Assembly: GCA_963825645.1 (NCBI GenBank)
Contig: CAWGTT010000002.1
Location: 831,123 to 863,122, forward strand
Length of the DNA stretch: 32,000 nucleotides
Reading direction: 5' to 3'
DNA from: an uncultured Actinomycetota bacterium
GTDB taxonomy: Bacteria; Actinomycetota; Actinomycetes; Actinomycetales; Kineosporiaceae
In this document: positions 20,520 to 28,215 of the stretch, piece after piece
How positions within the stretch are numbered: the first letter of the stretch is position 1
Layout: each line of letters opens with the position of its first letter
Made by a program: the position numbers and the translations under genes
The notes under the pieces: generated by a model
Databases searched by the model: none
Seen by the model: the letters and a program-made list of their open reading frames with translations, nothing else
What the model was told of the DNA's origin: nothing

Positions 20520-21335
20520 ATGACGGCACGCAGGAGCGACCGGATCCGACGGGCACTCGTCGCGGTTGTCCTCCTGATTGTGGTCGGAGTACAGCTGACG
20601 CTGTTGGCCAGGTCAACCACGACGCCGACATCGACTGCTCCGGAGACGGTCGGCGACGTTCGGGTGAGGGTGCTCACGGTTCTCGACGGAGACACCGTGG
20701 ACGTGGAGTCCGCGGGCCGGCGGGAACGGGTTCGCCTGATCGGCCTCGACGCCCCGGAGATGTCCCCGCCAGAGTGCCTGGCCGCGCAGTCTCGCGAGCA
20801 CCTGGTCGCGCTGATCGCCGCCCGGCCGGTGCGGTTGGAGGCCGACCGCACCCAAGCCGACCGGGACGTGTACGGCAGGCTGCTGCGGCACGTGGTGTTG
20901 AGTGACGGCCGGGTCGCCGCGGAGTCGGTGATCGCCGCGGGCTACGCATCCGAGTACACCTACGACGAGCCCTACCGGTACCGCGACCGCTTCCTGACCG
21001 CGCAAGCGGCCGCGAAGCGGAAGGGGCTCGGGATCTGGGGCCCGGAGTGCGGATCGGCAACCGCGGTTGCCGGTGCCGCTACGGAAGGGACCGCCTCCGC
21101 TTCGAAGCGGACGACCACGGTTGCGAGGCAGACCACGAAACCAGGGCCGCCGCCGGCGCCGGCAGATGCCGTGTGCCTGATCAAGGGCAACATCGCCAAG
21201 GACGGCGAGAGGATCTACCACGTACCAGGCCAGCGCTACTACGAGGCGACGATCATCACCGAGTCCAAGGGCGAGCGCTGGTTCTGCACCGAGGCCGATG
21301 CGGTCGCGGCCGGCTGGCGCATGGCGAAGGTCTGA
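20520..21335 (+). CDS. Membrane-anchored thermonuclease (SNase) family protein with C-terminal sunset-type domain
   Basis: N-terminal TM helix (ALVAVVLLIVVGVQLTLLA). SNase blocks are LDGDTVDV, RVRLIGLDAPE and DRDVYGRLLRHV. The C-terminus is CLIKGNI..IYHVPGQRYYEAT..WFCTEADAVAAGWR. Confidence 0.85.
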   Translation: MTARRSDRIRRALVAVVLLIVVGVQLTLLARSTTTPTSTAPETVGDVRVRVLTVLDGDTVDVESAGRRERVRLIGLDAPEMSPPECLAAQSREHLVALIAARPVRLEADRTQADRDVYGRLLRHVVLSDGRVAAESVIAAGYASEYTYDEPYRYRDRFLTAQAAAKRKGLGIWGPECGSATAVAGAATEGTASASKRTTTVARQTTKPGPPPAPADAVCLIKGNIAKDGERIYHVPGQRYYEATIITESKGERWFCTEADAVAAGWRMAKV

Positions 21336-21426
21336 GCGGCCGATCAGCCCGCCCCGGGAAGGTAGCGGTGACTTCGACACCGACTACGGTGCTGAACTCA
21401 CCACTACCTCCCCACGCGCCGGCGTC

Positions 21427-21768
21427 TCACACCGTGAGCCGGTAGCGAATCATCCGCTCGATGAGGTCGAGTGGGAGCGGTTCGGTGTGCGGGAACTGCA
21501 CCGAGCCCCGAGCCCACTTGCGCGAGCCGAACTCCTCGTCGAACGCCGCGATCGTCCTATCACCGGGGTAGAGGCCGACGTGCTTGGCGTACCCCGCCCA
21601 GTGCACGAAGTTCTTTCCGCCCCGCTTGAACGTCGGGATTCCGTACGCGATCGCCGGGGTGACGTCAGGGGCGATCGACCGGGCCAGGGCCTCGATCTGC
21701 TGCATCCGCTCGACCGCGATGTCGGTGCACGCGGCATAGTGCTCGGCGAACACCGGGTCCGAGTCCAT
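21427..21768 (-). CDS. DUF1801 (YdhG-like) domain-containing protein
   Basis: Start at ATG 21768 (MDSDPVFAEHY...). Pattern ..AYGIPTFKRGGKNFVHWAGYAKHVGLYP.. is typical of DUF1801. Confidence 0.8.
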   Translation of the reverse strand: MDSDPVFAEHYAACTDIAVERMQQIEALARSIAPDVTPAIAYGIPTFKRGGKNFVHWAGYAKHVGLYPGDRTIAAFDEEFGSRKWARGSVQFPHTEPLPLDLIERMIRYRLTV

Positions 21769-21831
21769 GCGCGCAGCCTGCACCGGCCGCCGGCGTGGAA
21801 CAAGCACTCACGTGACCGAGTTGGAAGAACT

Positions 21832-22323
21832 GTGACGGACCAGACACCCACCACCAGTCCCGATTCGGCCACCACCGAGACCCTGACCTGGCCCGGCGTG
21901 CTCCGCCTGGCTCAGCAGGGCAGCCCGCCTCCGCCGCGGCGCGATGACCGCACTCCCGAACAGTGGCGTGCGGTGCTGAGCCGAGAGCAGTTCCGGGTCA
22001 CCCGTAAGGCGGGTACCGAGATGGCGTTCAGCTCGGACATGTGCTCGCTGTTCGAGCCCGGCCGCTACCAGTGCGTCTGCTGCAGTACGGAGCTGTTCGA
22101 CTCCTCCACCAAGTTCGAGAGCGGCACGGGGTGGCCGAGCTTCACCCAGGCGGTCCGGCCGGACGTCGTGGCCTACCACCTGGACAGCGGCTACGGCATG
22201 CAGCGCGTCGAGACCGTCTGCAACGTGTGCGACGCCCACCTGGGGCACGTGTTCCCCGACGGGCCAGCACCCTCCGGCCTGCGCTACTGCATCAATGCGG
22301 TGTCCCTGAAGAAGGTGCACTGA
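21832..22323 (+). CDS. msrB: Peptide-methionine (R)-S-oxide reductase
   Basis: Start at GTG 21832 (GGAAG 5 nt upstream). Zn-site CxxC pairs are QCVCCSTELF and VCNVCDAHLGHVF. Also GTGWPSF and a catalytic RYCINAVSL. Confidence 0.9.
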   Translation: MTDQTPTTSPDSATTETLTWPGVLRLAQQGSPPPPRRDDRTPEQWRAVLSREQFRVTRKAGTEMAFSSDMCSLFEPGRYQCVCCSTELFDSSTKFESGTGWPSFTQAVRPDVVAYHLDSGYGMQRVETVCNVCDAHLGHVFPDGPAPSGLRYCINAVSLKKVH

Positions 22324-22327
22324 CCAG

Positions 22328-23863
22328 GTGACAGGCACGCGGACGGCGGTGCTGGGCTTCGACAACAGCTACGCGCGCGAGTTGGACGGCGCCTATGTCT
22401 CCTGGACGCCGACGACCTCACCGCAGCCGCACGCGGTCCGGCTGAACCATGACCTGGCCGCCGAGCTGGGGCTGCCTGAGGGATGGCTGGACTCACCGGA
22501 AGCGCTGCAGGTGCTAGCAGGCAACATCGTCCCGGATGGCGCACAGCCGCTGGCCCAGGCCTACTCCGGCCACCAGTTCGGCGTGTTCAACCCGATCCTC
22601 GGCGACGGCCGCGCGGTGCTGCTGGGCGAGATCATCGACACTCGCGGCCGGCGCCGGGACATCGCCTTCAAGGGGTCGGGACGCACCCCGTTCTCCCGGG
22701 GCGGCGACGGCAAGGCTGCGCTCGGACCAGTGCTGCGCGAGTACCTGATGGGCGAGGCGATGCACGCGCTCGGCATCCCGACCACCCGGGCCCTGGCCGC
22801 GGTCGCGACCGGAGAGCCGGTGCATCGCGAGGGGGTGCTGCCCGGCGCCGTCCTGACCCGGGTGGCCGCCTCGCACCTGCGGGTGGGCACGTTCGAGTTC
22901 GCCGCCCGCCGGGACCGCGACCTGCTGCGCCGCCTTGCCGACCATGCCATCGCCCGGCACGACCCCGACCTCGCCGGCTCCGACTCGCCCTACCTCGGGC
23001 TTCTGCGCTCGGTGGTGGAGCGTCAGGCCGCCCTGGTCGCCCGGTGGATGGGGGTCGGGTTCATCCACGGGGTGATGAACACCGACAACATGACGATCTC
23101 CGGGGAGACGATCGACTACGGTCCGTGCGCCTTCCTCGAGGCCTACGACCCCCTGACGGCGTTCAGCTCGATCGACTACCAGGGCCGCTACGCCTACGGC
23201 AACCAACCGGCGATCGCCCTGTGGAACCTGACCCGGTTCGCCGAGTCCCTCGGTCCGCTGGTCGGGCAGGACCGCGAGCAGGTGGTGCCGCAGCTGGTCG
23301 CGGTGCTGGACACCTTCGACGGGCGCTACGCCCACCACTGGACGGCGGTGCTGCGGGCCAAGCTCGGCCTGGACGGCGCGCAAGGCACCGATGACCTCGC
23401 GAACGACCGGGCGCTCGGTGAGGAGTTCCTCGACCTGCTGGCTCGCCACCGCGTCGACTTCACCCTCGGCTGGCGCGGCCTCGTCGATACGGCCGGCGCG
23501 GCTGAGGGGGCCGGGGCCGTCCCGGACGGTGGTGAGGTGCGGCTGCGCGCGATCGTCGGTGACGACGGCGCTCCAGCGCTGGCCGACTGGCTGTCCCGGT
23601 GGCGGGCCCGGCTGCGCCGCACAGACCCCGGGACCGGTCCGGACCTCGAAGCGATGCGCCGGGCGAACCCGGCCTACATCCCCCGAAACCACCGGGTCGA
23701 GGAGGCGCTGACCGCAGCGGTCACCGACGCAGACCTGGGTCCGTTCGACCGGCTGCTCGCCGTCCTGGCCGACCCCTTCACCGATCGCGAGCGCGATCGG
23801 GAGTTCGCCGACGCGGCGCCGTCCGATGTGACGGCGACCTACCAGACGTTCTGCGGCACCTGA
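22328..23863 (+). CDS. selO: SelO/YdiU-family protein adenylyltransferase (AMPylase/UMPylase pseudokinase fold)
   Basis: FDNSYAREL, AQAYSGHQFG, LGDGRAVLLGE, FKGSGRTPFSRGGDGKA, HGVMNTDNMTISGETIDYGPCAF. The GTG start is 4 nt after the msrB stop. Confidence 0.9.
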   Translation: MTGTRTAVLGFDNSYARELDGAYVSWTPTTSPQPHAVRLNHDLAAELGLPEGWLDSPEALQVLAGNIVPDGAQPLAQAYSGHQFGVFNPILGDGRAVLLGEIIDTRGRRRDIAFKGSGRTPFSRGGDGKAALGPVLREYLMGEAMHALGIPTTRALAAVATGEPVHREGVLPGAVLTRVAASHLRVGTFEFAARRDRDLLRRLADHAIARHDPDLAGSDSPYLGLLRSVVERQAALVARWMGVGFIHGVMNTDNMTISGETIDYGPCAFLEAYDPLTAFSSIDYQGRYAYGNQPAIALWNLTRFAESLGPLVGQDREQVVPQLVAVLDTFDGRYAHHWTAVLRAKLGLDGAQGTDDLANDRALGEEFLDLLARHRVDFTLGWRGLVDTAGAAEGAGAVPDGGEVRLRAIVGDDGAPALADWLSRWRARLRRTDPGTGPDLEAMRRANPAYIPRNHRVEEALTAAVTDADLGPFDRLLAVLADPFTDRERDREFADAAPSDVTATYQTFCGT

Positions 23864-23961
23864 CCGGCCGCACCCCCGCGGGTGACATTCGACCCGGCCC
23901 GGCACGCAGCAACCGGACAAGACTGGACGGCGTCTCTGCCCGCACGTGAGAGGGGAACGCC

Positions 23962-24438
23962 ATGGCGACCATGGCGCAAGCGGCCGCCGACTTCCTCGAA
24001 GCTCGCCGGATCGCGGTGACCGGAGTGTCCCGCGACCCGAAGGGACACGGCGGCAACGTCGTCCTGAACGGTCTGAAGGACCGGGGGTTCGAGGTCTTCC
24101 CGGTCAACCCGAACGCCACCGAGGTGGAGGGCATGACCTGCTACCCGACCGTGGCGGCGATCCCCGGCGGCGTCGACGCCGTAGTGGTGGCCACCCGACC
24201 CGAGCAGGCCGAGGCCACGGTGCGCGAGTGCGCGAAGCTGGGCATCAAGCAGGTCTGGCTACACCGCGCGTTCGGCGCCGGCAGCGTCTCGGCCGAGGCG
24301 GTCACGGCCGGCGCAGAGAGTGGGGTCACGGTGATCCCCGGCGGGTGCCCGCTGATGTTCGGCGCGACCGCCGACCGCGGTCACCGGTTCATCCGACAGT
24401 TCTGCCGCTTGACCGGGTCGGTTCCCCGCCGGGTGTGA
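23962..24438 (+). CDS. CoA-binding domain protein (YccU-like)
   Basis: IAVTGVSRDPKGHGGNV, FPVNP..., VDAVVVATRP and KQVWLH match the CoA_binding_2 layout. GAGAGGGGAA lies upstream of the ATG. Confidence 0.8.
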   Translation: MATMAQAAADFLEARRIAVTGVSRDPKGHGGNVVLNGLKDRGFEVFPVNPNATEVEGMTCYPTVAAIPGGVDAVVVATRPEQAEATVRECAKLGIKQVWLHRAFGAGSVSAEAVTAGAESGVTVIPGGCPLMFGATADRGHRFIRQFCRLTGSVPRRV

Positions 24439-24455
24439 GGCTGCTGCGGGTCGCC

Positions 24456-25187
24456 TCAGCGGCCGACGCGGTCCCACCCCCTGTTCGGTGCCCGTGTGCC
24501 GATCTGCTCGACCGGTCGGACGTCGCGGCTGCGGTAGACGATGTACGGCCGGGTCAGGTACCCGATCGGTGCGCTGAAGACGTGGACGAGGCGGGTGAAC
24601 GGCCACAGCGCGAACAGCAGGCAGGCGAGCAGGGCGTGCAGCTGGAATCCCAGCGGTGCAGCGGTCATCAGCGCCGGGTCGGGGTTGGCGGTGAAGACCC
24701 CTCGGAACCACAGCGAGACTCCGCTGCGGTAGTCGTAGTTCCCGAACACGCTGCTGGCCAGTGTGTTCCACATCCCGAGCACGATCACCGAGCCCAGCAC
24801 GGCATACATCAGCTTGTCCATCCGGGTGGTCGCCGAGAATACCGCACCGATGGTGCGTCGACGGTAGACTAGGATCACCAGCCCGGCGACGGTGGCCAGT
24901 CCGGCGACGCCGCCCCCGAGGACCGCGAACAGGTGGTAGGTCTCCTGGCTGAACCCGAGCGCTTCGGTCCAGCTCTTGGGGACGAGCAGTCCGATCACGT
25001 GACCGCCGATCACACCGAGCATGCCGAAATGGAACAGCGGGCTCCCCCAGCGCAGCAGGCGGCTCTCGTACAGCTGGGTCGAGCGGGTGGTCCAGCCGAA
25101 CTTGTCGTAGGTGTACCGCCAGAAGTGCCCCACGACGAAGGTGGCCAGGCACAGGTAGGGGATGACGGACCAGAGCAGTGTGCTCAC
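24456..25187 (-). CDS. narI: Respiratory nitrate reductase gamma (heme b) subunit
   Basis: 243 aa with 5 TM helices. NarI blocks with heme-ligand histidines are VGHFWRY, SPLFHFGMLGVIGGHVIGL and LHALLACLLFALWPFTRLVHVFSAP. Confidence 0.9.
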   Translation of the reverse strand: MSTLLWSVIPYLCLATFVVGHFWRYTYDKFGWTTRSTQLYESRLLRWGSPLFHFGMLGVIGGHVIGLLVPKSWTEALGFSQETYHLFAVLGGGVAGLATVAGLVILVYRRRTIGAVFSATTRMDKLMYAVLGSVIVLGMWNTLASSVFGNYDYRSGVSLWFRGVFTANPDPALMTAAPLGFQLHALLACLLFALWPFTRLVHVFSAPIGYLTRPYIVYRSRDVRPVEQIGTRAPNRGWDRVGR

Positions 25188-26242
25188 GATGGGACTCCAA
25201 CACCGGCGGGAGGGGTCAGGCGGGGATCGAGGGAGTAGGCATCCAGGCCGACCTCCTCGGCGGGCGGTCCCTGGGCAATCAGGCGCTGGACGGCGTCCGC
25301 GTCGTCACCGCGCAGCTGCGGCAGCGTCGCGCACAGCACCAAGGCGGCGTCCGCGTGGTTGGTCCCGGCGCCCATCAGGATCATCGAGCGGCCCCGGGTC
25401 TCCTCGGCGTTGCGGGCGAACTCGCGGGCGATCCGGGTGACTGCGGCGGCCGGGACCGCTGTGATCGTCTCCTGCCAGGCGGGGGTGTAGATGCCCTCGG
25501 CGTCGTCGTAGCCGGTCGGCCACTGCCCCGGCAGTCCGTCGCGGCCGACGCCGTACTGGGCCAGCATCAGGTCGAAGACCGTGGTCACCACGCGGCCACC
25601 GACCCGGCGAGTCGGCACCCCGCGCACAGCGGTCGCCTCGGCGGTGTTCGGCGTGTCGAACCGGGGCAGCCGGACCGCGACGGGGGAGTGCGCGCCGCCG
25701 CCCGAGCCGGGCAGGTCGAGAAGGCTCAGGGCCGGAACGACGTCACCGAGGTCGAGGTTCCACCGGCCACGGCCTTCGTCACCGAACCGGTGGCCGACAG
25801 ACCCATTGGGCACCACGGGTTGCCCGGTCAGACTGTCGACGAGCACGGTCTTGAACTCGGCGTTCTCGCTGCCCGCCGCGGCGGGGTCGATCGCGGCGAG
25901 GTCGGCCGCGGTGAGGAACTTGCCCGGCCGGTACGCGCCGTCCGCCTCGTCGAGAATGACCAGGAACGGCAGGTCGGTGAAGGCGCGGCAGTAGTCGGTG
26001 AAGTACTCCACCTGGCGGTCGACGAAGAACTCCTTGAGCACGACGTGCCCCATCGCCATGGCCAGGGCGCCATCGGTGCCCGGTGCCGCCATCAGCCAGT
26101 CGTCGGCGAACTTGACGTTGTCGGCGTAGTCGGGGGAGATCACGACGACCTTCTGGCCGCGGTAGCGGGCCTCGGTCATCCAGTGAGAATCGGGGGTGCG
26201 GGTGACAGGCACGTTCGTGTGGCGAGCCGCGGGTGTGACCAC
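25184..26242 (-). pseudogene. narG: Chimeric remnant: internal fragment of narG fused in frame to the 3' tail of narJ (narH deleted)
   Basis: Residues 10-296 match the middle of the NarG alpha subunit: NVPVTRTPDSHWMTEARYRG, SPDYADN, GTDGALAMAMGHV, YTPAWQE, GRSMILMGAGTNH. The N-terminal ~220 aa and the C-terminal half are missing. After ...GAGTNH (about 25355) come 56 unrelated codons, ending in an ATGA overlap with narI as a narJ 3' end would. Confidence 0.75.
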
Positions 26243-26334
26243 TGTCGCATGATCGGTGATTCGTCAGTGACTTGACTTAACGGGGAGATGGCGAGATCCT
26301 GATTGAAACGTCAATCACCTTCTGGGAGACTTCC

Positions 26335-26880
26335 GTGAACGTGCTCGTTCTGGTCGGCAGCTTGCGCGCCGACTCGCTCAACCGCCGTCTCGCCCGCGCC
26401 GCAGTGGCCCACCTGCCGGCCGGCACCGACGTCCGGTTCTTCGACCGGCTCAGCGACCTGCCCCATTACTCGGAGGAGCTGGACGGACCCGACGCGCCGC
26501 AGGTCGTGCGCGCGCTGCGCGAGGCGGTCAGCCGGGCCGACGCGCTCGTCGTCGTGACCCCGGAGTACAACGGCCTGCTCTCCGGATTGATCAAGAACGC
26601 CGTCGACTGGGCGTCCCGCCCGCGCGGAGCCGCCAGCCTGGCCGGGACGCCGACCGCCGTCCTGTCGGCCACCCCATCGCCGCGTGGCGGGCAGTGGGCC
26701 CGGGAGAGCGCCGCACGCGCCCTGACTGTCGCCGGTGCTGAGGTGCTCGAGGAGACGGTCGGCGTCGGCGGCGCTCACGCGGCACTGGACGGCGAGACCC
26801 TGGTCGACGAGGTCGCGCGACAGGCCGTCGCCGACCTGATGTCGGCCCTGGTGGCAGTGGAGACACGGGCCGCCGCCTGA
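26335..26880 (+). CDS. NADPH-dependent FMN reductase family oxidoreductase
   Basis: GTG start with GGGAGA upstream. Blocks VLVGSLRADSLNRRLA and VVVTPEYNGLLSGLIKNAVDWASRP. Confidence 0.85.
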   Translation: MNVLVLVGSLRADSLNRRLARAAVAHLPAGTDVRFFDRLSDLPHYSEELDGPDAPQVVRALREAVSRADALVVVTPEYNGLLSGLIKNAVDWASRPRGAASLAGTPTAVLSATPSPRGGQWARESAARALTVAGAEVLEETVGVGGAHAALDGETLVDEVARQAVADLMSALVAVETRAAA

Positions 26881-26890
26881 CCGCTGACGT

Positions 26891-27043
26891 GGGCACGGCC
26901 TCACACCGTGCTTGCACCGGGAAGGGGCACAACGTCACGCCGTCCCCGCACCTCGACGGGCACAACGTCACGCCGTCCCCGCACCTGGACGAGCACAACG
27001 TCACGCCGTGCCCGTCCAAAGGGCACTGCGTGACGTTGTGCCC
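26891..27043. repeat. Repeat family A: about four 33-bp direct units plus one inverted unit forming a 23-bp-stem hairpin
   Basis: Degenerate unit at 26891-26924. Units GGGCACAACGTCACGCCGTCCCCGCACCT(C/G)GAC at 26925-26957 and 26958-26990. Unit 26991-27013 pairs with inverted copy 27021-27043 (2 mismatches, loop GTCCAAA). Fills the gap between convergent genes ending at 26880 and 27047. Confidence 0.9.
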
Positions 27044-27046
27044 ACC

Positions 27047-27421
27047 TCAGGGGGCCCCCGGCCAGCGACCGTCGGCCTGGGCTGCCTCGACTTGAGCCGT
27101 CCCGGCCGGACGCATCCTTTCGGTGGCGACCAGGCGGGCTACCCGCTCGACGTTGCTCGCCGACCATGGACTGCGCTGCCGACGGCGGGTCGACCTCACC
27201 GCGTAGTAGACCTCGTCGACCCGGTGGGTCAGGCCGTCGATCCAGCCGAAGCACAACAGCGACTCGACGACTTCCTCGTAGGTGACGCTGGCTACCTTGG
27301 TCCCCTTCTTCGCGATCTTCACCCAGCAACCCGGTGACGTGGCGTGATGCTCCGCCAGCCAGGACTCCAGTTCCGCGACGGTGGCGAAGGCCAGTTCGGG
27401 CAACTCTGGGGTGGGCGACAT
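27047..27421 (-). CDS. YdeI/OmpD-associated family protein
   Basis: Start at ATG 27421 (GGGAGGA upstream). Pattern ..FATVAELESWLAEHHATSPGCWVKIAKKG..VTYEEVVESLLCFGWIDG.. is typical of the family. Confidence 0.75.
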   Translation of the reverse strand: MSPTPELPELAFATVAELESWLAEHHATSPGCWVKIAKKGTKVASVTYEEVVESLLCFGWIDGLTHRVDEVYYAVRSTRRRQRSPWSASNVERVARLVATERMRPAGTAQVEAAQADGRWPGAP

Positions 27422-27525
27422 CCGGCCATCCTCCCGCTCGGTGTGACTACGCTGCCAGTCACCCGTGACGGGCCGATTCGTCGTCCCATGAACGGGCGAC
27501 GACGCCCGCCGGACCGGGAGGGGCA

Positions 27526-28095
27526 ATGGCGAATGACACCACGCCGAACTCGGCATCCGATGCGATCAACGGCGACGTCACGATCGATATCGCGATCTAC
27601 GAAGCGCAGCGCTCGCAGGAGCTCGAGCTCAACAGGGCGACCGCAGCGTTCGAGCACGCTGTGCTGTCACCGCTGTTCCTGCTCAACGGCGGTGCGGCGG
27701 TGGCGTTCCTGACCCTGCTCGGTGCCGCCTCCGCCGGCGATTCACGGCTCCAGGTCAACCTGCCGACGACCGTCGTGGCCGTCGCCGTATGGGCGTTCGG
27801 GCTGCTGGCCGCCACCGCTGCCACCTGGTGGGGGTACCTGAGCCAGCGCTCGTTCACCATGGCGGTCAAGGAGCGCCGGCTGATCATGGAGCACGACCTC
27901 AAGGCCGGAAAGGGGATCGCGCGGGCCAGTCTGACCTCGCCCAAGGGGACGAGGAAGCCTGCGGAGTTGGACGAGCCGGGGCGGTTGCGAGCCAAGGGCC
28001 AGGAGCAACAGAAGACCTACCTCGCGATGAGCGCGACCTCCGCCGGGCTGTTCGTGCTCGGTGTGGTGTTCGCGGCCGCGTCGGTGGTCGGGTGA
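27526..28095 (+). CDS. Hypothetical 3-TM membrane protein
   Basis: GGGAGGGG lies upstream of the ATG. 189 aa: a soluble N-terminal ~45 aa, two adjacent TM helices, a ~60-aa highly charged Lys/Arg/Glu segment, then a third TM helix. No motif recognised. Confidence 0.6.
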   Translation: MANDTTPNSASDAINGDVTIDIAIYEAQRSQELELNRATAAFEHAVLSPLFLLNGGAAVAFLTLLGAASAGDSRLQVNLPTTVVAVAVWAFGLLAATAATWWGYLSQRSFTMAVKERRLIMEHDLKAGKGIARASLTSPKGTRKPAELDEPGRLRAKGQEQQKTYLAMSATSAGLFVLGVVFAAASVVG

Positions 28096-28142
28096 CGGCC
28101 GATGCGAGCGAAGCATCGAAGAGCCGGTGGCTCCCGTAGCGA

Positions 28143-28190
28143 AGCAGTGGTGGGTTTGCCCCCCTAGTCGGTGGCAAACTCACCACTGCT
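28143..28190. repeat. Intergenic hairpin element, family B (18-bp stem)
   Basis: AGCAGTGGTGGGTTTGCC (28143-28160) pairs with GGCAAACTCACCACTGCT (28173-28190), with one G-U pair in RNA. The loop is CCCCTAGTCGGT. Contains the 17-mer shared with 18958-18974. Confidence 0.7.
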
Positions 28191-28215
28191 GCCCCGTCCC
28201 CACGACACTTGACGA

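Noticed and set aside
21336-21426. Hairpin AGGTAGCGGTGA...TCACCACTACCT between the nuclease and DUF1801 genes
   Set aside because: It is a 12-bp stem with a C-A mismatch and a 26-nt loop. This is a weak structure, possibly a terminator, but not distinctive enough to annotate.
21298-22323. Long 341-aa version of msrB. Likewise the 18669 start for thrC, 15340 for HD-GYP, 27556 for ydeI, 12650 for the oxidoreductase and 8702 for phnD.
   Set aside because: The upstream extensions overlap neighbouring genes or their antisense strands and are compositionally aberrant. The internal starts have ribosome-binding sites and give family-typical N-termini.
26243-26334. Promoter hexamers (TTGACT / TTGAAA) in the lower-GC patch upstream of the FMN reductase
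   Set aside because: There is no acceptable -10 at the correct spacing for either candidate -35, so the call would be guesswork.
26891-27043. CRISPR array
   Set aside because: The repeats abut directly with no spacers. There are only about 4 units, the copies are degenerate, and there are no cas genes or leader.
26889-27095. 68-aa ORF encoding GHNVTPSPHLD repeats. A counterpart at 28681-28944 encodes GHNVTPCP.
   Set aside because: The peptide repeat is simply the translation of the 33-bp DNA repeat. The ORF runs into the 3' end of the convergent ydeI-like gene and has no SD. At the second locus the period is 30 bp and the repeat lies on the other strand, spanning a gene end. The conservation is at the DNA or RNA-structure level, not the protein level.
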